Assembly (NCBI GenBank): GCA_903813345.2
Contig: CAIIXF020000001.1
Span: forward strand, 22,754,001 to 22,818,000
Source: Owenia fusiformis
Taxonomy: Eukaryota
Reading direction: 5' to 3'
Length of the DNA: 64,000 nucleotides
Shown here piece by piece: positions 14,144 to 26,229 of this stretch; within the stretch, counting starts at the first letter, position 1, and every line of letters begins with the position of its first letter. The notes under the pieces were generated by a model. The model ran no database searches, was not told where the DNA came from, and saw nothing but the letters and a program-made list of their open reading frames with translations. A program made the translations under genes and the position numbers.

Positions 14144-15512
14144 AGTGTATTATTGAACGCCAATTTTGTACATTATCTGAATGTGAAAGACTAGTTCTAT
14201 AATATCTTGTTAGAAGCACAGATAAATTTAATGGCTCAACAGCTTTTTGTTTGCTGAATCTCCCTTTGAGAAAATAAGAAAAGTAATGTTATCAAGCCAA
14301 AGCTGAAACTTAGAAGTGATGACATATTGTTATAGTCTCCAACGTTTTTGTGAACGCCGTTCGGTGGTTGGTGTTTGGCGTCTGTAACAAATGGCAGGTA
14401 GTAACATTTTTGTGTATGCGTGTCCTTCACTCCCTTGTCTGTGTTTTCTACTACAAAATAAAAGCGGATGTCATATTTCGTTACAGTAACACAGTGTCAT
14501 ACATAGAGGTTATTTTATTAGATATTACTTATCTTTTATAAAGGCCCACAGTGTTTGACCATGATCATGCCTTTAATCAAGCAATAACTGGTCAGCCAAT
14601 CAATGTTGTCTACTTTTGTAAAACCTGTAAAAAATCGTAAATGTAGAACGTCCAAGTAAGGACGTAATACATCACAAGTAGAGGTTTAGACTAGATGTTA
14701 CTTGTTATGGTATGTGTATTCATCAAACACATTTTCATGATAATTGTAAATATTTATTATACACTGAAACCTCTCTAAAGTGAACACCATTCTAGACTCG
14801 TCGCATATGATATATTCACTTTGGGGGATTGGGCTTATACGAGATACACGAATACTTACACCCAGTGGATATGATGATTACTTCATGGAGGTTTTGGTGT
14901 ACTTATATTTTACAAGAGATTTATCCATCTAATGTTGCCAAGAGAACAAAGTGTAATATTACAATGTAAAATAAGTAAATTTTTATAATATATGTATCCA
15001 TGATAATGAATTTTGAGAAATATACAATAATAACAAAAATTAGTTTATATTATTGGTTTGTTGATGGTTGAAATGTGACGGCTATCCCATAAATTAATTT
15101 TATCCATTTTTCATTTTGTGAGCGGTGCCATGTTAATTCTTACCTGAAGATACACAAACTACACTCCTTGATAAAAATATAAAATGACCCATTGTAATGA
15201 TCTGATAGATCGGTGGGTATTGATTGGTTATTGATGTGAGTCTATAGAATATAATAATGACAAGCACAAGCTATAGTGTGTATATTTGTATAACTGATGA
15301 ACCAGGATGTCTCCTGGTAAGATGATACATATGGGTACATGTGGTCAATTAGTACAACATATATGAGGTCATTACACCCATTTTAAAATTGACGCTAAAT
15401 TGACGATCTTGTTAACAGTTAATTGATGAAGGCTCCGAGGAAGCATTTTTACATGGGGTAAAATACGGACATACGGAAACATTTATTTTCTGCAAAGTAG
15501 ATGTATTGATAA

Positions 15513-15960
15513 TTATCCCATCGAACGAAGTTCCGAGGGATAAAGGGAACGCCTCCGTCCTTCCGTCCGGGCAATAACTCAAATACCGTTTGCCCGATTT
15601 TGTTCATATTTTGTACACATATACCCTATGGAGGTAGATGTTCTGCTGGAAAGCAGATTTTCAAAATGGTCGCTCATTTAAAAATGACGGCCATTTTAGT
15701 GCCGATTTTACAATTATTTAGGTGCAATACGTAAAACTGTAATAGCAATATATTTTAAATGTAAAAAATTAAATTGGACATTAATAAAGCTAGAAGTGTA
15801 GATATTAAAGAAGCACATGGCAGCCATCTTGAAAAATGGCGGCCTTTACTTGTTATTTTACGATTTTTACTATAACTCGAAAAGTAGTGGAGCGATTTTG
15901 TTCATATTTGGTATGTGAATACTATACACCTTTCCATAAAGTCGGCGAAAAATCGATAAA
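15513..15960 (+). mobile_element. Helentron/HINE (DINE-1-like) element, 5' portion
   Basis: ttatcccatcgaac subTIR, short ccgtcc microsatellite, aaaatggc core. Reverse-complement homolog at ~63190-63460. Confidence 0.65.
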
Positions 15961-18944
15961 TGGGCGGGGCAACCTGTCAATCATTATAGCAGTGACGTCA
16001 CTCGCGGACTTTTTTGAATGATTTACTCATCTAATTTGGCACTTGACAGTGATCATTGAGGTACGCACGGGGATAAATCTTGTTAACTATACAAAATGGA
16101 GAGTTACATTTTATACTTATCTTTTCTTTATAATATCAAGGGTCTCACCTGTATTGTTTTATTTCAAAACAATCCATTCAGATCACCTATCAGACGCAAA
16201 TAAGTCCTGATTGATTGAAATTTTCCTCTCCGAGATTTCAGTCTTTCAAAACTGCCATCCAGTCTAAGCTTAGGCTAGACTACTGATGATAGAAGTGTAC
16301 ATCAACAAACAACTATTCCTGTTGTATTTTCACTACCTTTCATAAGCAAACAGCATCAAATACTAGCCAATATCTTTGAATGAGAATATTGCACATCTTG
16401 TGTCAGTGTGTTGTATTTAGGTTAGAGGTCGTTCAAAGCGGGGTTCAAAGTTCAACTTTAGTTCACCGGCAAGCTGGCTAACAAGTCATGCTGACATACA
16501 AGATTTACTGTAATCCCTTTTACTTTTCTCAATGTTTATTTTAGCAATTTAAAATTTTTATCGATCTAATTGGAATTCATTTATTGTGGCAGTCAACATT
16601 AGGCCTATTAGGATATAAATCTGTCATACAAAACATCGTTCCACGGATGTTGAAAACAAAGAAATATAAAGCTTTATATCTGTTTTCTAGGATTCTATGA
16701 AAGAACAAACGGTATATGACTGTGAAAAACTGACCATCTCAGATGTGGATGGGTCCACATTTGATGGGCCCATCAATAAACTGAAAAAGACAGAATGATT
16801 ACGTTAGCGTCGCTTCGTGTTAAAGTGTGCGCCCGACCTGGCCTGTATATAACAGAGTTTATACTGGCGGATTAGACTAGTTCATTTTTTATATGTGTGT
16901 GAAAGCTTTCTCTTATTTGCGTTTTTTTCGTTTAGTACGGTCTTGTTATAATTGCCGAGGTCATATAACCGGGATAAAACAATGATTATCGTTGACTGCG
17001 CACACACAAAACATTTACGTCGAATGAACAGTGTTATTAAAAATAACAAGCTTTAGAATACAAAGCCCAGTAGTGTGATAATAAGCTGTACACTTACCAC
17101 TGCTGCATGTACATATTAGGGCTCACAAAGAGTGGATAGGGAGGTTGTGTTTGTCACTTTTAAATTTTACATTTCAAAATTGCCATTTTACATGTCATAA
17201 TTTCTTGGTTTCATTCGTTTAGCCGATCATAACATTGTAAAACAATAAATCGTCTGTTTACGTATAATCAATTTTGTTCAGTTTTGATTAGTTGTCAGAA
17301 TGAAGTTACAGTTAGTTCATCTGAATCCATGTTTCAAAACAAAAATCATATTTTCTTCACTTCAAAATACTTCAGTGAGATGAATGCTCGGAATTGTCGT
17401 TTGCAATAACTTATTGTCGTATTCGTTCTTTTATCTACTCGATAGAAGCATTTAGTGGTACATTTGATGCCAGGTCACCTTCTCGCGTACCTATTGGGGA
17501 GCCCCACATTTGTGTCTGTACTCATGGAAGTAAATTCTCCGGTGTAGCCGAGAGCCACAAACTTTCAACAGGTTCGAAATGGCCAATTTCTCTCATATAT
17601 ACTCATATTTTATTTATAATTATCACCTACAAAGTATTGAACTATATGTAATTTCAATAAGGAAACTTATCTGGCTACATGTAAATTCAATATCAACACT
17701 AGATGTTCGCTCAACACGTCCTGGCTTACCTTGTGATGACAAACCCTGGGTTTTCGCTATTTATAGTTTATCAACACCTAAACGCATGCGCATTTTATAG
17801 TTTATCAGGCACTTTAAACTGCAACAGACCAAGGAAAAACAAACCATCCCAGACTGTAACTAGCCACTTTTGTTTCATCCCCTCTGGAATTTGGACATAT
17901 GTTACATATTTGCCCATAGCGACAGTGTTACCATGGCTGTTGCACTTTGGAACTATGCAATGTGTGTGGATAATTTTTTTAGAGTCCCGACTCTTATTTT
18001 GAAATCTAGTGACATGGTACCTGTGGTAAGCTTGTGGGCCAAATCCAATCTCAGCCTGGAAAAATAAATCATTTTTCATCGTTTATATTCATTGATAAAA
18101 ATCCAACAAACATAAACACGATTTACAGTAGATGTTTTCGGTTTGGGCAAAGAAAAATAAAACTAGATGCCGGAGCCATAATAAACGGATCATCATATTC
18201 ATTGATAAAATATGGTTCAATAAAAATAGCAAGATTTACAGTAGTAGGTTTATGAGTAAGAGCGAAGACCCCATAAACTCATAGGCTTTGGCTAGGATGA
18301 AGATGGCTTTGATGATCAATAAACATGCATAAGTGTCAAATTGTAGATAGTATTTGAGCTTATTATTAATCACAGCTTTTAATAATACTTGTAAAAACGT
18401 ACGACAACTAGACAAAATGGAATTGTATTTCAAAATATTACAATAAACATTGCACAATCTCTGCAGGATATTCGGATCTGTCATAAGGGGTCTTATGAGC
18501 AAAGGCAAAATGGCTTAACATTTTTGAGAATTGCCGGTATAATGGACATATAAATGAGAACTCTGTTTGAATATTTAGTTGGAATATACCTATTAAATGA
18601 CATTGGTACATGGGAGTTTGATTATTCATAGAATATAATGATAACTTACCATGATCAGCAGAATATAATTGACACTGAAACCGGCACTGAAAAAGGTAAG
18701 TCTGTTATGTACTATCAGATTTTGATTTTCCCGCTGTACTATGCAGGACAAGACTCCGCGAGTGACGTCACTGCTGTATTCAGCGGCCTTATGAATATTC
18801 ATGACGTGACTTTATGGAAAGGTGTATAAGCATGTCACACTGTCTAAATGACACTTTTGGTAGAAGGTGGCCATTTTGAAAAATGGCTGCCATTTTTTGC
18901 TATATACTTTGTTGGGGGGGGGGGTGTATAGGGGGTCTTGGAAA

Positions 18945-19062
18945 TCCATATACAATATTTTCCAGCTCTCTTATACCATATACAATATTTTTCACCACTT
19001 TTATACCATATACAATATTTTTCACAGCTCTTATATGTTATACCATATACAATATTTTACAA
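18945..19062. repeat. ~31 bp tandem repeat (ataccatatacaatatttttcacagctctt)
   Basis: Four units; related ccatata motifs recur at 21600-21650. Confidence 0.7.
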
Positions 19063-20020
19063 AAGTTTAGGTGAATACAATATACGATAATTTTGAAACT
19101 GCTGTTGATCGAATATTTGATATTTATAAGGAAATAATATGAGGAGAGAATCCATGTACTACAGAAAATGTGTTATTATAAGGCAATTAGACTCCACATA
19201 CTTACCACAATGATTTCATTTATTACATTATGACTGACACACCATTCAGGTACATCTGCATGACTTGTTCAGAAATTCTGTGACCACTTTTTTATTTCAG
19301 GTAAACAAGTTGATTTAAAACATATTTATAGTATAAGATTCTTGACTTCTCTTTAGTGATTGTACAATCTACTTTGACCAAAACATTAGCTTAACATTTC
19401 TGCTAAAGCCAGTATCTGTAAAAGTGCCATAAAGATATTCAAAATTAGCACTAAAATCGCATCATTGGAATGGGTGGAACTCAGTGTACCGCTTTCTTGT
19501 GACCTACTTTCCCATGACTTATTTTAATGTCAATGGAATCCTTCATAGGGAGTCAGGGAATTTCTTGAAACATAATTGATGCAAAATTGAGAATGTGGAA
19601 TAAAAGATTCATCATATGTTCTCTGAAAATAAAGTTTGCTGAGGTAAATATGTACATTATATAACACTATTAGGAATATAGTGAAGATTCACAATGCACA
19701 ATAATTAAGACAGTCACCTGGAAAATATTAAGTATTGAAAACAGTTTCGGAAACAATTATTAAAGGACTTCACAAACTTCCATGTAGATAATTCATTTTT
19801 GATTGGACTCGAGTCTGGACTAGAGTTTGAAATAAAGGCAAGATGAGACTTGATTGTTTGATCATTTGACTCGGAGACACTTCGGTGTTTTAGATAAGGC
19901 AGCCTTAAAAACAGTATAAGTCAAACAAAAGTGTGTCAAAATTAAGCAATGATTTCAAGGCAAAGATGTGTTGATGAGAAGGAAAACTACTCTATGTAAC
20001 TCAAAATAACTTTCTTTTAA

Positions 20021-20710
20021 AGGACCACGGACGGTATTGCTACAGATTTCAGTCATATGTTGGATTTTGGCTATTTTCTGAGGATTTGAACAGATGCATG
20101 TGTTAGGCCAGGATTAACTCCAGGACAAGCAGTCAAAGAGATGATAAAATGATTTAGACTTTAAGACAGGGAGGGTGCAAACACCCAATCAACATGTTTT
20201 TTCTGTAATGTTGTCCTGATTTCCAGTCTTAAATATCTTTTTTTCAATATTTGTTGTATTAACATGTTGTGTTTTGAGACACGGTCAACATCTTTAAAAG
20301 AAGATATGATTCATGCCGGTGTTTTAAAGATATCAATTCTGGGTGACTAAAATTAAGCTGAAAACAATATATCACATGAGTTTTCCCTATGTGAAAATAA
20401 CATAAGGAATATTGTTTTCCACTCCAAATGAATCATATTTCCTTTAAATAGGTTGGCTATGTCTACAAATGCGACATATTGATGCACCAAACATTGAAAA
20501 AACATGTGTGAAACGGGCAACATTTCAGAATAACGTTCATGGGGTGTTTGCCCCTTCCCTGTCTCAAAGTCCAAATAATTTTATCACCTCTATGAGTGCT
20601 TGATTTGGAGTTAATGCATTGGCCTAACATATGCACCTGTTCAAATCCCAATCAATAGCCGAAATCCAACGTGACAGTTTGAAATCAGTTGTGATACCTT
20701 CCGTGGTCCT
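20021..20710. mobile_element. Diverged foldback MITE, Kolobok-like
   Basis: TTAA|aggaccacgga ... tccgtggtcct|TTCT. Arms complementary over ~300 bp with many mismatches; the right TSD is degenerate. Confidence 0.65.
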
Positions 20711-20758
20711 TTCTTTGATTAGCTTTAAGACCACATAAATACCTTTTGCAATAAAGAG

Positions 20759-21186
20759 GTTATTTAATGTGAGGTTTTTGATACAGGGAATATCTTAGGG
20801 AAATACAATTTATCTACCCGAGGGGCCGAGGGTTGATAAATTGTATTTACCGAGGGATATACCCTTTATCAAAAATCGAGCATTCAATAACTGATTTATC
20901 CTATACTTAGTAGATTATGAGAATTGAATATGCATTGAATGATAGGGAACCCTAATGTAGTAATTACAAATGATAATTACAATAAAAACATGAATATTTA
21001 TCTCAATTTAAAGTCCTCAGCAATTTTTTTTCTAAACTCAACAGGTTTTAACATTTAAAAATGTATGAAATTCATTTATGTTTATCAAATAGAGCCAACG
21101 TATATCCCGGGAATTCAAAAAAGCACCAAAGAAATTCACGGGGATTGCTGTTATTTAACTGTAACACTACTTAGTATGGGATAAAT
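20759..21186. mobile_element. Second hairpin-plus-short-inverted-repeat element
   Basis: Hairpin 20759-20891 centred on cccgaggggccgaggg, then atttatcctatact (20894) pairing with agtatgggataaat (21173). Confidence 0.55.
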
Positions 21187-21688
21187 AAGAATATCTAATG
21201 ATGCTTGAATAAAAATATACGCTGTATGAACACTTTATACTCAAATATTTTAATGATTTATCCCACATACCCGAAACACAAGTAGCTATAGTGACCATAT
21301 TTTTCATCAAAGTTGAGAAGAGTCAATGACATTTGGCATTATTATCCGACACTTTATTAACACCTCCTGAGAAAATTTGAATGAAAATGGCAAAACCAGT
21401 TGAAAGTAATTTTCTCAAAACTTATTGATCGACCTGGAATGTGGAACCAATTAGAGAGACTACTCTCCCATGTTTTCCAACACGATTACAGTAAAAGAGT
21501 CAGCACAATAGAGATTTTCAAGGCACAATTTCTTCAAAATTAGCCTTCCGAGCGTCCAAATTCTTTTTAAAACATATAATTAACCTTCTGGTGCCTTGAG
21601 ATACCATATACCATATATTTTCTCTTATTCCATATACCATATTTTTTACACCTCTTCCCCTTTGTTTGTACAAGTGCCAACCATGGCT

Positions 21689-21732
21689 GTTCGATGGGAT
21701 TTGCTACGCTTTGGCGTTGCTGTTGTCTAGTT
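21689..21732 (+). mobile_element. Helentron/HINE 3' terminus (subTIR plus stem-loop)
   Basis: gttcgatgggat is the exact reverse complement of atcccatcgaac at 15515. It is followed by the gctacgctttggcgttgc hairpin and ctagtt. Confidence 0.65.
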
Positions 21733-22098
21733 AATACCTCCATATATCAAGCGATAAATATGATTATATGTTACCTCTAGGAATAGTGACAAGGTTCGGC
21801 ACTCCTTGCAATGACTGATGAATAGTCCCTAATTGGTTACTTCGCTATGATATCGAGGAATAAGTTCGCCGTTTGACCGAGTCAATGGGGCATTCAATTA
21901 TATGGATAAGATGAGAAAAAATCAAATTCTCGGGATTGGAGAGAACATCAGAGCCTATGAAAAGTGAATCGTTTGCTTTGGACAACAGGGAATCTACGGT
22001 CATGAATTAATTATGAAATATTATGATATTATGGAAAGTGTGCGTTTATTCTAGTATTTTATAAGAATGACGTTAATGTAAATGAGGACCTGTAGGTG

Positions 22099-23143
22099 AT
22101 GGTTAGGGTTATAAACGGAACTTGCGAGGAGTTTATCTCTGGAAGCGGCTATAGTAGAACAATATCGAACATATATGCAACTATAGAGTTTTTAATAATT
22201 ATACTAATATGGTTTGGAAACGGATTAGTTTTAGTTGCCATAGCAACCACGCCAAAGCTTAGAAATAAAACAAATCTTTTGGTTTTCAGTTTATCAATAT
22301 GTGATATGTTTTCGGGGATTGTGTTTACCCAATGCACATTTGTGAGTTTTATATATTCTCGGGGATTCGATGATGTTAAGCCGCTGTGTCTGAGCTGTCT
22401 TGGATTAATGGCCTTCACGCTTACCGTTTCCTTGGAGACACTTTTGGCTATCGCCGTAGAGCGATACATCAAAATTGTACACGCTCTCTCCTACCCACAG
22501 ATTATTACCAAGTTGAGAGTTATCATTGCCGTCATCATGGTTTGGATCAGCAATGTGCTCCTACACTGCAGTACGTTCTTTTGGAACAATTACACTTCGA
22601 CCAAGCGTTGTCATATAATAGACATTCAGACAGTTACATATCTTATCGTTGGCATGTCAATCTTAGTCGTTGCTATGGTTATCATAAATATTCTGTAAGA
22701 TATTCATGATTGCATGGAAACAGAGGAATGAAATCATATCCATGGAGAGAAGTGCGGGGGTCTCGTCCAGTATGGCCAAGGAAAACAAATTAGCAAAAAC
22801 AATGGCTCTCGTGAACGGGCTACTCTACCTCTCATGGACACCCTTTGTAATGTTAACATTTGTGCAATTAGGGATGGACGACGAAACTTTAAACACACAA
22901 TGGATGGGGCACATTTATTATAATTTCACACACGTTCTAGTTGCGAATTCTTTACTTAATCCGCTCATCTATGCAGCGAGAGACAAAGATTTCAAAAATG
23001 CCTTTAAACGACTCCTTCGATTGAAAGCTCACGGGAATGGAGTGACGAACTTAAACTCCAATTCTCAGCCCACTGCATCCTCTGAACGCAATGCTCCAGA
23101 ACTCGTTCCTCCATTTTCCAGTAAAAAAGAAGCTTGGAAATGA
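22099..23143 (+). pseudogene. Single-exon class A (rhodopsin-like) GPCR, copy 1, frameshifted
   Basis: GN (TM1), LSICD (TM2), AIAVERY (TM3), SWTPF (TM6), NSLLNPLIY (TM7). A 5 nt deletion at ~22696 relative to copy 2 (ctgtaagata vs ctgtatactaagata) creates TAA in TM5. Confidence 0.88.
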
Positions 23144-23748
23144 GACACGGAGGATTAGCCAAACAGTGCGTCAAGTGGTAACTAGAGCCGAAAATCTGGA
23201 GATGTTATAGACATTTTATATTAAATTGAAATTGAAATAATGTATGTACAAATATATAATTTTTGTACTCGCAATCGAGATCGAAAATAAATCACTATAG
23301 TCTAGATACAAGCCCTTGTGCCCTTTTCCAACTACTCATCCCAGCATCACTGTGTGAGAAGGTGAGTAGTCAAGTAGAAGGGGGGGGGGGTCACATGGTC
23401 TTGTAGCTAGACTAGAATCACTACACCCTGTCCTGTTTACTTTTTATGGTTCCATTTCTAATTTCATACACATAGTGAATTGATTTGCTGCGTAGGGAGA
23501 GGTCGATCGTGAGTGCAGCTAGTGCACCTGATCTCTTGGGAACCTTTAGTATTACCATACCCAAGCTTCAAAAGGTATCGTTTATATCAATTGTAATGGT
23601 TAATGTGGAGATGCTAATTGAAATTATCTACATTGTGATTATTGTACACTGTTCTATCACTCCTCGATTAATAAAAATAAAATGTAGTACAAATTATATA
23701 ATATCATACTCTCCTTGAAACGGAGGAAATACTATATCTAGTAATCAT

Positions 23749-24179
23749 CACTGCTACTCACCTAGTTACGCTGACGGTGCGTCAGCGTAACAAGATGGAA
23801 GAACTTCCGGGCTTCGTTTTCGGTAAGATATTTTTATTTCTCGATTCTACACCACTTATAAGTTAAGTTTTGGACAATACTTTGGCTCAAAGTTAAGGAA
23901 GATCACACATTGGCAATATGCATGAAGATCGTCAACGTAACAAAAGCGTGGAACTAAATATGTGAATTGCATCTTCGTTGATATACCAAACATAGAACCG
24001 CCTGCATATTCTCAAACAAGACTATCTTCCTTAAACTTTGAGCCAAATTATTGTCCACAACTTGACTTATAAGTGGTGTAGAATCGAGAAATAAAAATAT
24101 CTTACCGAAAACGAAGCCCGGAAGTTCTTCCATCTTGTTACGCTGACGTATCGTCGGCGTAACTAGGTGAGTACCAGTG
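23749..24179. mobile_element. Palindromic MITE with CAC..GTG termini (Transib-like), copy 1
   Basis: cactgctactcacctagttacg ... cgtaactaggtgagtaccagtg|GTAAT. The left GTAAT is displaced by 3 extra nt. Confidence 0.75.
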
Positions 24180-24533
24180 GTAATGAAACATGAACATTCT
24201 GGACCAATGTATCGTCATACTTTTGAACTCCATACGTGTGATACGCGTTAAGAGGTATTTCAAACATCGTCAAACATTTTGAACGTTGTCAAGAATAATT
24301 TGAAGGGCGAAAAATAACTCTGAACACTACAAGGTAACAGTCGATCAAAGTAATCGTAAAATCAATGAAACTTTATTTTCGTTAGAATTTGACTCCAAGA
24401 AAAACTGCAGTTGTTACTTTAAGATATAATATATTACTTTTAGTCAAATGCAAATAATGCCTGGTATTCTTGCTATATGAATAACGTTGGATGTGATCTA
24501 GAGCCACACATACACAAAAATGGCATGTTACAT

Positions 24534-25526
24534 CACACCCGGTGATCGTACAAATGGGATGGAGGGGGGGGGATTAGGCGATTTCTGCAAGAAAACACAA
24601 CAAATTTGCAAGATTTCTTTTTTCAAGAGAAAATTTACAACTGAATTGCCAAATTAATAGACGCAGTGCATGGCAAAATATGTTAGGTCATCTAGTATTT
24701 TTTGAACTGATACCCTTCTAAGATATGAGAGATTTATTAAAAAAGGTGCATCATCACCAACGTGCAAAAGTCAATGTTTTTGCTATAAATCGGGCAACAA
24801 TGGTCTACACGACCTGTTATAAATAGGTATAAGGGACATTATTATCACAATACTAATGACATTGCTCACTTTTTAAAGTTAGCTTCCATGCGTTATACAA
24901 AAAATAATCGAAATAAATCAATATGGGATGGAGGGGGGGGGGGGATAACGTGTATATAAGACATGATAAGACATGCTTCTTGAATTTATTCTTAAGACTC
25001 CAAATTTTCCCATTTTTCATTCTCCAGAGATATAATATCCAGTTTCTTACTGGGGTACTGAGTCTAATTTTTTCAAATACAATAGTTCTTGTGAATTTGT
25101 TCCATCGTAAAGACATATAACCCCCCCCCCCTCCATCCCATATTAATTTATTTCGATTATTTTTTGTATAACGCATGGAAGCTAACTTTAGAAAGTGAGC
25201 AATGTCATTAGTCTTGTGATAATAACGTCCCTTTTACCTATTTATGACAGGTCGTGTAGACCATTGTTGCCCGATTTATAGCAAAAACATTGACTTTTGC
25301 ACGTTGGTGATGATGCGCCTTTTTTAATAGATCTCATATCTTAGAAGGGTATCAGTTCAAAAAAAACTAGATGACCTAACATATTTTGCCATGCACTGCG
25401 CCTATTTATCTGGCAATTCAATTGTAAATTTTCTCTTGAAAATATAAATCTTCCAAATTTGTTGTGTTTTCTTGCAGAAATCGCCTAATCCCCCCCTCCA
25501 TTCCAATTGTACGATCACCGGGCGTG
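24534..25526. mobile_element. 993 bp foldback element with CAC..GTG termini and a 5 bp TSD (Transib-like)
   Basis: TACAT|cacacccggtgatcgtacaa ... ttgtacgatcaccgggcgtg|TACAT; arms ~420 bp. The empty site (gttacatatataattg) is present in the duplicate at ~30085. Confidence 0.88.
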
Positions 25527-26229
25527 TACATGTATAATTGAAATATAAACATGAACTAGATCTAAATCAAACCAAAATCTTAATTAATCAACACAATTAT
25601 CAAAGGCTATGAATACGCTTACGTTCGTTCCAACACTAAACGTTTGCTTGCAATGTTTAGGATCTCCCGTTCTTATAATAAGCTATACCCAAGATAAACT
25701 AAATGGTCTTAATTAATACATGTATAATTAGTTGAGGTATGATTTCTGTCATGACTAGATTGTCTTGTCTTAATTCGGATATGCAAATTACCACAAATTA
25801 ATCGAGAGCAGAGGTTTCCAAGAAAGATATTGAATTTTTGAAAGGGTTAAGTCTTATTTGGAAAAGGTGTAATTGTCATTCGGAAAAGTTTTAATCAAAG
25901 TTTATTTTGGAGAATCTTACGTTTGATTACTTAGGGTTCCATTTAATAATCTAACCCATCTCAACAAACTAAATTGATAATTGACAAACTCTTGATAATT
26001 TCGCCATGTTCGAGTCAGTGTGGCATTCAATCATACCATGGAGGTTCTGATTTGTAAGCAAATCAATTTCACCGGATCATAGGGTAAATCAAAGGCTTTC
26101 AGAAGTAAATCGTACGTTTTGGACTATCAGAATTCTGCGTCATGAATTAATTATGAAATCGATATTATGGAAAGCGTTTATTATAGTATTAGATAAAATG
26201 ACATTAACGTGGATGAGGATCTGTAGGTG

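Noticed and set aside
10022-14163. Identical ORFs on opposite strands (MWVSACVQRDF...)
   Set aside because: By-product of the foldback arms; no protein-like features.
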